The notes beneath the pieces are model-generated. The model saw only the letters and a list, made by a program, of their open reading frames with translations, did no database searches and was not told where the DNA came from. Shown here piece after piece: positions 26,731 to 36,183 of a stretch of DNA of 64,000 nucleotides. Each line of letters starts with the position of its first letter. Position 1 is the first letter of the stretch. A program made the translations under genes and the position numbers. Source of the DNA: Arenicellales bacterium (GTDB lineage: Bacteria > Pseudomonadota > Gammaproteobacteria > Arenicellales > JAJDZL01). The stretch spans positions 1,280,340-1,344,339 of the forward strand of contig OZ246969.1 of assembly GCA_965232345.1 (NCBI GenBank), read 5' to 3'.

Positions 26731-28760
26731 TATCAGATCAGTTGATTCAACGGCTGGCTGACCGAAAGGTAAAGGCGGCAGTATTCACTACATTCAATTT
26801 CGAGCCGGAGTTTTTCGATCTTGAGGTGGTTCCGCTCCTGCTGCCTGGAAAGAATCAATTCTCCTCTCATGCGCCAATCAAACTGTTCCAGGTACGCGAA
26901 ACCTTGCGGGAATCGTCGATCGCTTTGGAGGTATTTTTCGACCTGAAGATATTTCGTAAATCTACCTGTACCTCACCTGGAATGGAATACCTGTCTCATG
27001 GTGTTCATCGCGGAAATAGCGCCTTTCATCCTAAACTTGCATTCATTCTCGTTGACGACGAAACAACAGAACGTGAAGTTCTTTTGGTCGGGGCCGGTTC
27101 CAACAACCTTACGATGGCAGGCTGGTGGGACAATATTGAATGCGCGCACTGGGAAACGGTTGATCCCCAGAGTGTCGATACTAAATTCCTTGAGCAACTG
27201 AAAGCTGATGTGCAGTGGTTGAAAAACGAGCGGATGTTGTCGTCCGAAGACGATCGCTCAGCATTGGATCAGGTGGACAGATTTCTGAACGAATGTTCTG
27301 GCAGCCAGGCTTCTGGGGCTGACATAGATTTCTTTTACTACGGCATAGCGGACAGCAATCAGTCCGGCAGATTTGTTGGATACGCAGAAAACGAAATGAA
27401 AAGAATTCTTTCGCGGCACAGAAACTGGACGCTGGAGATCATATCTCCGTTCTTTTCAGAGGATAAGCATAGTGATTTGCATACACGGTTTTTTGACTTG
27501 GGTGTGCGCGAAATTCATATTTTTCTCCCAAAAAATCAGGAAAACGAAGCCGTATGCCACCGGGATTACTATGACTTTATCAATGAGCAGTCAAATATCC
27601 ATTGGGCAGAGTGGGAAAATTCCGTAGCTAGTTCAATCGGTCTCAGTGGAAGAGCGTTTCGTCATCTGCATGCGAAAATCTATCACTTTTACAACCAGAC
27701 TGAATCGTGGGTATTTGTGGGCTCTGTAAATTTCACGTACAAGGCGTTTAACGAAAATATCGAGGCTGGATTTTTTGTGAAACTGCCCAATCCGAATCCG
27801 CTTTTGACAGCGATAGCAGATACCAGTGCCATAGACAATTTCGATCCGCGACAGGAAGAGACTCATGTTGGTGAAGAGGAGGCATCAGCGGAACCAATTC
27901 CGATCATCGACCTGTCCTACGACTGGTTGAAAAAGTCGTTGGCCGGCATAACCGAACCAGAAAAGAATTACAGGATCAGCATACTTTCACCGGAAAGCAA
28001 TAGCGTAGTCAGTGACTGGCTGATCACTGGAAGCCGATGTCAATATGATGGAGACACGACTCAGTTGGAGTTGCTTCTGAAAGGCGGTTCGTTTGTGACA
28101 GTACGCGGGTATGACAGTCAAACCAAAGAACCATTTCCTGATCACTTGCTGATGATCAAACAGACGAACTGGAGCCATAAACCATTGGAGCTGCCGAATA
28201 TATCCCCTCAACAAATTTTGGCGATCTATACTGGCATGTCACATGAACAACGTCAGATGCTGCTCATGGACGCTCAAATGCGTCACTTGATATTGAATGG
28301 GGAGGGAGGTGAAATTACCTTGTCAGCTGAACCATTTACGGAGTACCAATTCTTCAGTGAGTACGCGGAGATATTTCACTCACTGAAACGCTTACGCCAC
28401 CGAATGATTGAAGCGAAAAGAGCTGGCGATGAAAGTTCGTTCAATTATTACCTCACCGGTACAGGCATTGACAGTCTGCCAACTTTTTTGGACAGAATTC
28501 AAGATGAGAATTTCAAAATCAGCAAGGTGTCTGCCTACCTCATTTTGTTGTGCGCCAAGGAAATTTATCAAGAACCCGCGCTTTCCGATTGTCATGGAGT
28601 GGCGAAAGAATTGATTAAAACGGAAGTGAACATCACGAAAATCAAGAATTCTGATGCGATACAGCTTGAGGGGCTAGAAACTGAACAACGAGCAAATTTC
28701 TTTACTTGGTTCGAAACACAGTTTTTCAGAGACTATAAGCCGGTCAGGGAGTCACCATGA
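26715..28760 (+). CDS. Phospholipase-D/HKD superfamily nuclease-like protein, ORF-B
   Basis: 681 aa from ATG 26715 (track ORF starts at 26652). Two HKD-type motifs: FHPKLAFILV...VGAGSNNLT (about aa 105) and HLHAKIYHF...FVGSVNFTYKAF (about aa 317). The C-terminal ~300 aa has no motif I recognise. Confidence 0.8.
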   Translation: MENAVVSDQLIQRLADRKVKAAVFTTFNFEPEFFDLEVVPLLLPGKNQFSSHAPIKLFQVRETLRESSIALEVFFDLKIFRKSTCTSPGMEYLSHGVHRGNSAFHPKLAFILVDDETTEREVLLVGAGSNNLTMAGWWDNIECAHWETVDPQSVDTKFLEQLKADVQWLKNERMLSSEDDRSALDQVDRFLNECSGSQASGADIDFFYYGIADSNQSGRFVGYAENEMKRILSRHRNWTLEIISPFFSEDKHSDLHTRFFDLGVREIHIFLPKNQENEAVCHRDYYDFINEQSNIHWAEWENSVASSIGLSGRAFRHLHAKIYHFYNQTESWVFVGSVNFTYKAFNENIEAGFFVKLPNPNPLLTAIADTSAIDNFDPRQEETHVGEEEASAEPIPIIDLSYDWLKKSLAGITEPEKNYRISILSPESNSVVSDWLITGSRCQYDGDTTQLELLLKGGSFVTVRGYDSQTKEPFPDHLLMIKQTNWSHKPLELPNISPQQILAIYTGMSHEQRQMLLMDAQMRHLILNGEGGEITLSAEPFTEYQFFSEYAEIFHSLKRLRHRMIEAKRAGDESSFNYYLTGTGIDSLPTFLDRIQDENFKISKVSAYLILLCAKEIYQEPALSDCHGVAKELIKTEVNITKIKNSDAIQLEGLETEQRANFFTWFETQFFRDYKPVRESP

Positions 28761-31700
28761 GCATTAGACCGATCGATCTGGATACAGCGCGAGAATTGCT
28801 TGATTTCTCAGGTGGTGACCAGGATTTGATCAATCTGGGAGAGCAGCAGCTCAAAGGCACCGTCGCACTTCACAACATGATCGCACACCCAGAAATAGGT
28901 GTGGGGTATCTCGCTGATGAAGTCGGGATGGGCAAGACCTATATGGCACTCGGTGTTGTTGCATTGATGCGCTATTTCAATCCGGCTTTACGGGTCCTCT
29001 ATATCTGCCCGAGTCGAAACGTACAGGAAAAATGGTATTCAAGAGAGTACCTGAATTTCTGCAAGCACAATGTCAAAGTAAGCCACTTCCGAATCAGAGG
29101 CCCTGACGGAAAACCGGCAGCACCAGCCATCAGCTGCCGCAGTGTCACCGAATTGATCCACCACGCAACGACTGGTTTTCACGCAGATTTTTTTGTTCGC
29201 ATGAGCGCTTTCAGCATAGCGTTGAGCAAGGATGATGAAAAAGCATGGAAAGCCAAGTTGGAAGAATTGCATGAGTTGTGGCCTGCATTCAAGGTTCCGA
29301 AAACTCGCGTAACATCTAGGTCAGTCAAAAATCGCTATGCATTGGCACTCAACGAGGTGTTGCCGGAATTTGACCTGGTGGTGATTGATGAAGCTCACAA
29401 TTTCAAGCATGACCTTGAGAGCAGCGACAGGAACCGCGTACTGTCGACTGCGCTGGGTTTTCGGAAAGCCGAAAACTGTGTAAGCCGCGTCAAGAATGCG
29501 CTCCTGTTGTCAGCCACACCTTACGACAGAGTTATCAACCAATTGTGCAATCAGCTGAAGCTTGTTGGGAAGGGTGACTTACTGCCTGAAGATATCACTC
29601 AGAAAGATAGGGACAGGCTTGAACAGTGCTTGTCAAAATTCATGGTGCGTCGATTGAACGTCCTTGATATTGCTGGCGAGCCACACACGCGCAACATGTA
29701 CCGAAAGGAATGGCGCTCTGGAGAGAAAGCTGAAATAAATCTTGATTCCGATCTTCAGAAGTTGGTGACAGCGCTTGTTCAGAAAAAAGTGGGCGAGACG
29801 CTTGCGAAAGACGGAGGTTTGCCAAGTTTTCAAACCGGATTGCTCGCGTCTTTCGAAAGTTATGCAGAAACCACCAAATCCGATGATCCTGTAGAGTTTG
29901 ACGGCGACATAGCAGACAAAGGCGGAGTGCATGATGCCCGGGACAAGAATGTAATTGGCGCTATATCAGACAGCTTTATTCAAGCGGACTTGGGAAGAAG
30001 AACTCTGCCGCACCCGAAAATGGATTCGGTATCGGAACAGTTGGCCAAGGAGCTTTTTCAGCGAGGGCGAAAGCAACTTGTTTTTGTGCGTCGAGTAAAG
30101 AGTGTGAAGGAGATTAAGCGGAAACTGGATGATCTTTACAATAGTGATCTTGCTGAATATATCCGCAGTGAGTTGAAGTCGTTCCCCGAAGAATTGAGTT
30201 TACTTGAAGAAGTAGTCGAAAATTATTGGCGAATTAGCCATTCCCAGGATGAAGATATTTCGGGTGGTGAATTTATCGCTGATTACTTTGAAGAAGGCAC
30301 AGACGAGGTGGATGACAAACAGCCCCCCAAGAAAGATACATTGTTCGCTTGGTTCTTTAGAGGAGAATTACCACCTGAGTTAAGCCAACTATTCAAAAAC
30401 AAACGAGGAGGTTTCGCTGAACCTAATTCGATGCGGAAAGGACTGGTTGCAAAAAATCAAAGTAGTTCTCTGCTGATGGAGATCAACTGGGTGAACCTGT
30501 TGGTTCAGTGTCAGGGCGAGGACATCGACCAATTGCTCAACGACTACGGGGATAAGGTGGCGGATATTGCGAGAGATTTCATTAGCGCTTCTGACAAAAG
30601 CAACTGGTTTGTGGAATTCAATGCTTGTCAATATGCATTCGTGCACTGGTACTCCGAGTATAAACAGTTACCAAAGCTTGAGACACTAGCGAATTATTTG
30701 AAGCCAAAATCCGCCTCTGACAAGAAAAATTCATATTCTGCTCAACGATGCGGTGCCTTGCTGCAAACCTATACGTTCTATTGCGCCTTGCACAAATCCA
30801 ACCTGCTGGATTCACTGTTTCCTCACCTGAAATCAATTCTAACTGACCTGTTGAATAATGGAAAAGAAATCTCTGAGGAACAGTTGCAGAAGCTGAGTAT
30901 TCACGGTGCCCTTTTGTCATTGTGCCTTAGAACCGGACATGGTTTGATCGACTTGTATCTTGCACGAATTAGACAGGGTGCGGACAAACCAACCGCCGAA
31001 TCTGGCGGTGCATGGATGGATGATTTGGTTTCAGTATTGAATCGGCAGTCGACCCAAAATGACTTCAACACATATTGGGAGTGTCTGAAGTTATCTGAAA
31101 ATCTTGACTTGATCATCAAGACTAATTTTCCCGAAATCTACGACAAATCACCCCAAGAATATCGACTGTTTCTGGCACGAGCCTTGAGTCCTCTTGTTCC
31201 CATAATGGGGGCGACAGGCGATACAGCATCGACACGGTCGGCTCAGGCGCGCAAGTTTCGAATGCCAGGTTATCCTCTGGCGCTCATCAGTACGGATGTA
31301 TTTCAAGAAGGAGAGGACCTGCATACATTTTGTGATTCTGTAATGCACTACGGATTATCTGGAACACCAGTGAGCATAGAGCAGAAGATCGGTCGAGTTG
31401 ATCGAGTGGGATCACAAGCCGAACGTCGGCTGTTGAAAATCAAAACAGGTGCGGCATCAACAGACGATTTGATTCAGGTTTACTTTCCCCATGTCAAAGA
31501 AAGCATTGAAGTTTTTCAGGTGCGCCAACTGTGCCACAACATCAATGACTTCTTAAAATCTCTGAATTCAGTCGGTTCAATGGCCAGCGCGAATCAGGAC
31601 CGGGTCAACCCTGACGAGGAGATCATCAATCGGTCGGCTGTCCCAGATCAAATCGACAGTCTTCTGAAATCTCCCTTTGAACCAAAAGTGCTGAAAAGTG

Positions 31701-32599
31701 AGCCGCAATTCAACCAAATTGAATGCATCCGAGCTGCAGAACAACGCACTCAGAGCGTAACCAGAAATATTGATCAGCGATTGAAAGAGATTCTCGACGA
31801 AGAAGAGGTATTGGATGCGGAAGACATTGAGTTAGTGAGAGATGATGGCACGAAAATTCCAGTACGGATCAGCTTGAAGTCCGCGCGTGCCAGCGGTGAA
31901 ATTCTGCTCCATGTTCTTTGGAAAGGCGAAACTGTCTCGTTGCGCGAAATGAATCGAGCTGAGTTGAATGAACATATGCAATCTGCTCGCAGGCGGATTT
32001 ACCGGACACACGCGAGCGAAATCGGGAATGGTGAAATTCAGCTTGGTTATGACTCCGAACTGCTTGTGGGTGATGAAACTGCGACTAGTTTCGATGAGAT
32101 AAAGACGTTTTTGAATCGATTTGAGCGAACCGAATATTTCGAACATTACCTTAAACCCACATCCGAGTTAATCCGGCAGTATTGGGAAAAAGCCCAAACT
32201 GATGGGCAAAAAGAATTTGATCAGGGCCTCGTACTAATGGAAGGACTCGAAACGGACGGGGCATTAGAACTGACGTTTCTGTTTGGTTCGCAAAATTATG
32301 TACGTACTCATCAAGTGCGAATATATGAGTTGGACGGGCGCTGTGTTTTTTTCGCTGAGGCAGCTTCTGCGGAAAGGGTAAATGATTTAACTTGCCAGCA
32401 AATTATTAAGCTCACCTGGCTCTACAATCGGAATGTCGATCTTGCGGAGTTCATGCTTGATGACAAAGGAACTCTGGTTGGCAGAGTAGTCCACCCAGTC
32501 CGCGGACTCGACTACAAAGAATTTGCCTATTGCGCTTATACGCTGGCCGTAGCTACAGATCGTCTTGAGTATCTCATTGATAATCGCGACAGATATTGA
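28757..32599 (+). CDS. SNF2/SF2-type helicase-like ATPase with a large inter-lobe insertion and a ~390-aa C-terminal extension, ORF-C
   Basis: 1280 aa. Walker A DEVGMGKT (aa 54-61), DEAH box VIDEAHNF (aa ~209-216), LSATPY (~251-256), TDVFQEGEDLH (~846-856), QKIGRVDRVGS (~876-886). ATGA overlap with the ORF-B stop. Confidence 0.85.
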   Translation: MSIRPIDLDTARELLDFSGGDQDLINLGEQQLKGTVALHNMIAHPEIGVGYLADEVGMGKTYMALGVVALMRYFNPALRVLYICPSRNVQEKWYSREYLNFCKHNVKVSHFRIRGPDGKPAAPAISCRSVTELIHHATTGFHADFFVRMSAFSIALSKDDEKAWKAKLEELHELWPAFKVPKTRVTSRSVKNRYALALNEVLPEFDLVVIDEAHNFKHDLESSDRNRVLSTALGFRKAENCVSRVKNALLLSATPYDRVINQLCNQLKLVGKGDLLPEDITQKDRDRLEQCLSKFMVRRLNVLDIAGEPHTRNMYRKEWRSGEKAEINLDSDLQKLVTALVQKKVGETLAKDGGLPSFQTGLLASFESYAETTKSDDPVEFDGDIADKGGVHDARDKNVIGAISDSFIQADLGRRTLPHPKMDSVSEQLAKELFQRGRKQLVFVRRVKSVKEIKRKLDDLYNSDLAEYIRSELKSFPEELSLLEEVVENYWRISHSQDEDISGGEFIADYFEEGTDEVDDKQPPKKDTLFAWFFRGELPPELSQLFKNKRGGFAEPNSMRKGLVAKNQSSSLLMEINWVNLLVQCQGEDIDQLLNDYGDKVADIARDFISASDKSNWFVEFNACQYAFVHWYSEYKQLPKLETLANYLKPKSASDKKNSYSAQRCGALLQTYTFYCALHKSNLLDSLFPHLKSILTDLLNNGKEISEEQLQKLSIHGALLSLCLRTGHGLIDLYLARIRQGADKPTAESGGAWMDDLVSVLNRQSTQNDFNTYWECLKLSENLDLIIKTNFPEIYDKSPQEYRLFLARALSPLVPIMGATGDTASTRSAQARKFRMPGYPLALISTDVFQEGEDLHTFCDSVMHYGLSGTPVSIEQKIGRVDRVGSQAERRLLKIKTGAASTDDLIQVYFPHVKESIEVFQVRQLCHNINDFLKSLNSVGSMASANQDRVNPDEEIINRSAVPDQIDSLLKSPFEPKVLKSEPQFNQIECIRAAEQRTQSVTRNIDQRLKEILDEEEVLDAEDIELVRDDGTKIPVRISLKSARASGEILLHVLWKGETVSLREMNRAELNEHMQSARRRIYRTHASEIGNGEIQLGYDSELLVGDETATSFDEIKTFLNRFERTEYFEHYLKPTSELIRQYWEKAQTDGQKEFDQGLVLMEGLETDGALELTFLFGSQNYVRTHQVRIYELDGRCVFFAEAASAERVNDLTCQQIIKLTWLYNRNVDLAEFMLDDKGTLVGRVVHPVRGLDYKEFAYCAYTLAVATDRLEYLIDNRDRY

Positions 32600-32895
32600 G
32601 ACGATAAGGCTTCGATATTGACAATGATGTATACACAACTGTGCCAAAAAAAATTAATCGACAGGAGCGCACCATACCTAATCCGGAAATGTGAAGACCC
32701 TGCAATTTCAGGAAAGTTTTAAAGGGTTATTTGCCCAACTGAACCAATGAATTTCATGGGATACTGGGAACAAAACCACCAAAGCAACAGATTAAACGCA
32801 ACTGAAACAGCACAGTCCTGCATTTTGAATGGAGGCATTTGTGATTTTGTGATTTTGCAGATTTTTTTACACGAGATTAGCTTGAGGCAGGACGC

Positions 32896-33723
32896 ATGCG
32901 AACACTATTTCGATTAGTAACGTTACCTTTGATCGCACTCTGCTTGACGGTCACTGCAACTACGTTCAGTGATGAGGCTCTGGCAGCCAGAAAATTTAAT
33001 GATGTGAAACAAGGCTGGTCTTTCAATAAGGGCTTGCCAGCAAACTTCAAGAAATATGGATACAGAATTGTGAAAAAAGCAGATGGCCATCCAGTGCGCG
33101 ATGGAAAAAAATCCATGCGGTTTGAGGTGCGAGCAGGCGATTGCAGCTGGTCGTCTGGATGGAGTGACTGCAAGAATGATCGGGAGCGACACGAGCTTCA
33201 AAGCCGAAAAAGGTGGAGCGGGGGTGAGTACTGGTATCACTGGTCTATCTTTCTGCCGGAAAACTACCCTGTAATCTACCCTGTCAAGGTTGCTTTAGCG
33301 CAGTTCCATCAGAAAGATGCGCATGTTGTGTGGATGTTTCAAAATGGAAATGGTGGCTATTTCGTCGACAATCAAACGGTTGGTCATACTATTGATAATC
33401 CAAGAATTCTGTCGGACGGGGAAATGCGGGGCAAGTGGTTTGACATACTCGTGCATGTTCGCTGGACGCACAAGAAAGAAGGATTTTTCCGCGTCTATGT
33501 GAATGGTGAAACCAAACCGCGTTACAAATGGACTGGACAGACCAAAACAAAAGGTAAAAAAGTCTATTACAAGTTTGGGATCTACCGCACGTATGTCAGC
33601 TGGAAGCCTGGCGGACCTCCAACGCAAGTCGTTTACTACGATCATGTCAATCGGGCGAAAAAGTGCGAGAGAGCCACCCGATATTTCGACTGCGACGCAA
33701 TCGTGGCCAACGAAAGCAAATAA
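32896..33723 (+). CDS. Secreted concanavalin-like/polysaccharide-lyase-family protein (tentative)
   Basis: 275 aa with signal peptide MRTLFRLVTLPLIALCLTVTATTFS. The pattern RHELQS...YWYHWSIFLP...LAQFHQ...W...YKFGIYR recalls Pfam Polysacc_lyase-type beta-sandwich proteins. Assignment is by pattern only. Confidence 0.5.
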   Translation: MRTLFRLVTLPLIALCLTVTATTFSDEALAARKFNDVKQGWSFNKGLPANFKKYGYRIVKKADGHPVRDGKKSMRFEVRAGDCSWSSGWSDCKNDRERHELQSRKRWSGGEYWYHWSIFLPENYPVIYPVKVALAQFHQKDAHVVWMFQNGNGGYFVDNQTVGHTIDNPRILSDGEMRGKWFDILVHVRWTHKKEGFFRVYVNGETKPRYKWTGQTKTKGKKVYYKFGIYRTYVSWKPGGPPTQVVYYDHVNRAKKCERATRYFDCDAIVANESK

Positions 33724-33990
33724 CCTAGCAATAGTTTACCGAGTTCAGCGAAATCACTGCGGAACGGCTCTCTTTGTGATTTCGACAGATTGATTGTAAC
33801 TCATTGACTCAATGGATTTATGACCTGCACGACCCGAGCGGGTCAGGCTTCGTGATGGGGCGGATGCGCGTGTGACCTAACTCGCCCGCCCAACGCTTCA
33901 GATCCAGCGTCTTGTACAGCTTATTCTGGACGCCGGACCGGCTCAAGAGTGTCATCTGCATCTTCGGCGCGCCGTTCCTGCGCGATAAAT

Positions 33991-35241
33991 CTACAGCCAA
34001 AACGATGCGATCGGTAGTGCGAAAAACTGATTGCTGAACTGAACAGCTTTCTTTCCTGGATGGACCACGATTCCGCATTTGAATTTCTTCCCAATGTCGC
34101 CTTTCAGCGCTTCCAGACTCCGGAAGTTTCTTGAAGAGATATTGCTTGTGGATTTCACCTCGATTCCAACAATTTCGCCGCGCTGTGACTCAAGCACGAA
34201 ATCAACCTCCTGCCCCGAGCTTGTCCGATAGTGATACAAACGAGTGCGCGTTGACGAGAATGTTGCTTGTTTGGCCAGTTCCACCGCCGCGAAGTTTTCC
34301 ATCACCCTGCCCATCTGCGTCCGATCTGCAGACTGAACAAACCCCAGCTCAGCATTCAGCAGGTGCAGCAGAAGATTGAGATCGCAAAGGTAGACCTTCG
34401 GTGTCTTGATCAGCCGTTTGCCGAGATTGGGTGTCCAAGCCGGCACCGAAAGTGTCAGGAACAGACTTTCCAGCAATATCCGATACTTCTTGACGGTTAT
34501 GTGATTCAGAGCCAAATCCCGCGCCAGAGATGATTCGTTCAGCAGTCCGCCGGCGCGCGCGGCCAGCAGACTCAGCATATCCGGCAGACTCGCCAATTTC
34601 TGCACTTCCAGCAAAGAGTGAACATCCCGATACAGAACAGTCTGAAGGTAGCTGTCGCACCACTCCTGCCGCAGCGCTCTGTCTCCGATCGTCAGCAATT
34701 CAGGAAATGTCGCGTCTGCCAGAACCTGCTCCAGATCAGACTCAGACGCATCGCCAAAGTGAAGTTCGCTGCAGAAGACTCTGTCAATAAAGCTCCCCTC
34801 TCTATTCTTGTCCAGCTCGCGCGCCGACAATGGCAGGAGCGTATGCGTGGACATTCTTCCAGCCAGCGCGTCAGAAAGCTGTGGCAATGCCATCACATTG
34901 GCGGACCCTGTGAGCAGAAATTTTCCGCGCCCGCCGCCATCAGTCTGACGATTTTCATCAACGATAATTTTCAGCGGTCGAAATAGCTCAGGCACCAGCT
35001 GAATCTCATCCAGCACCGCATTGCCTCTCAGACTGCGGAGGAAGGCTTCGGGGTCATGCTGTGCGGCGGACCGAGTCTGCAGGTTGTCGAAAGTGAAGTA
35101 ATTCGCCTTGTGTCGGCTTTCCGAAATTCGCATGACCAAAGTTGTTTTGCCAGATTGCCGGGGTCCGGCAACATAAACCGATGGAAATGCTGAGAGTGAA
35201 GCAACAATCCTGTCCTCGATCAGGCGGTCGATGTACTGCAT
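33991..35241 (-). CDS. AAA-family ATPase (AAA_14 + DUF4143 architecture)
   Basis: 416 aa. Walker A GPRQSGKTT near the N-terminus and LLTGSA further on. The C-terminal region is typical of DUF4143 proteins. Confidence 0.8.
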   Translation of the reverse strand: MQYIDRLIEDRIVASLSAFPSVYVAGPRQSGKTTLVMRISESRHKANYFTFDNLQTRSAAQHDPEAFLRSLRGNAVLDEIQLVPELFRPLKIIVDENRQTDGGGRGKFLLTGSANVMALPQLSDALAGRMSTHTLLPLSARELDKNREGSFIDRVFCSELHFGDASESDLEQVLADATFPELLTIGDRALRQEWCDSYLQTVLYRDVHSLLEVQKLASLPDMLSLLAARAGGLLNESSLARDLALNHITVKKYRILLESLFLTLSVPAWTPNLGKRLIKTPKVYLCDLNLLLHLLNAELGFVQSADRTQMGRVMENFAAVELAKQATFSSTRTRLYHYRTSSGQEVDFVLESQRGEIVGIEVKSTSNISSRNFRSLEALKGDIGKKFKCGIVVHPGKKAVQFSNQFFALPIASFWL

Positions 35242-35763
35242 TGAATTGGTAAATTCGTTAACTTGATATAAGATAATCTTATACTATACTGTAATATTAT
35301 CTGACCTGATCAAGATTTCGAAACTTTATCCAGAACGCTTGGACTGACACCAATATTGACTCAGACATCAAAAAAAATCGTAACTTATTCTCCGTTTTCC
35401 GGATTGCAAAGACAGATCGAATTTCCACGACCCACTTTATCCAATTGCACACTACTGAAGAATCTAACCACTTGTGGCTGTCGGAGCTTGTTCTGTCAAA
35501 GGTGGTTTTTGGCTCCGGATGGCGCAGCATCCACGCGGGTGAACAACTGAACAAAAAGTATGACTTGATCGTTGAGAAATTCGTGAGGTGCTAGTGCCAA
35601 ACATGGCACTGTCTGAACAATCTCTTGCTCATGCGGAGCTGTTGCTTCCAGTTGACCTGAAGACTGCTCCTAAGGCGAAACTATGAGCATGGGAACAGCG
35701 AAGAAAAGAGCTCTTTTGGTGTTTCCGCAAAATTCAGTTGCTGAAATCTGCTCTCATATCAGC

Positions 35764-36183
35764 CTATGCGGTCCAAGGATTGATAGTGGCCAATCCGGCC
35801 GTCTCGAACGGCAATGTGTCCCGCGTCGCAACGATCATGGAATTAGCCGCGGCGGTTGCCGCGATGAATCCATCGGATACTGAAATTGCCTGCCCAGCTG
35901 ATCGCGCTTTCGCCATCAGTTCAGCATAAGCTTGAGACTCAACCAGAGTGAACGATAGCACACGACCGGCGAATCTCGGAATCATAACCTTCTCCAGATT
36001 GTCGTGCAACAGCTCTCGGCGACGACCTTCCGGAAGAGTCTGTACACCAGATCGAAGCTCAGCGACTGAAACAGCAGAAATGTACAACGTTTCTAACGCC
36101 TGTGCGTCAAGCCATTGGATAACCCGCGGTTCTGGAACGAGGCGCAACGGTTCTGAAACCACGTTCGTATCAACCAGAATCAT
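35764..36183 (-). CDS. vapC: Type II toxin, PIN-domain ribonuclease VapC/FitB
   Basis: 139 aa starting MILVDTNVVSE with a PIN acidic-residue pattern. 4-nt overlap with the upstream antitoxin gene. Confidence 0.9.
   Translation of the reverse strand: MILVDTNVVSEPLRLVPEPRVIQWLDAQALETLYISAVSVAELRSGVQTLPEGRRRELLHDNLEKVMIPRFAGRVLSFTLVESQAYAELMAKARSAGQAISVSDGFIAATAAANSMIVATRDTLPFETAGLATINPWTA

Noticed and set aside
33818-34078. Minus-strand ORF whose tail (…MTLLSRSGVQNKLYKTLDLKRWAGELGHTRI…) vaguely recalls the C-terminal LL..GV...LGH region of tyrosine recombinases. It could be an integrase remnant marking the island.
   Set aside because: Only ~45 codons lie outside the AAA ATPase gene. The catalytic R/H/Y residues cannot be identified and the similarity is impressionistic. 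It is mentioned only as something to test with tblastx.
35268-35282. Palindrome ATAAGATAATCTTAT just upstream of the AAA/DUF4143 ATPase gene
   Set aside because: It is a short AT-rich palindrome in an AT-rich promoter region. It could be an operator, but chance occurrence is plausible and nothing else supports it.
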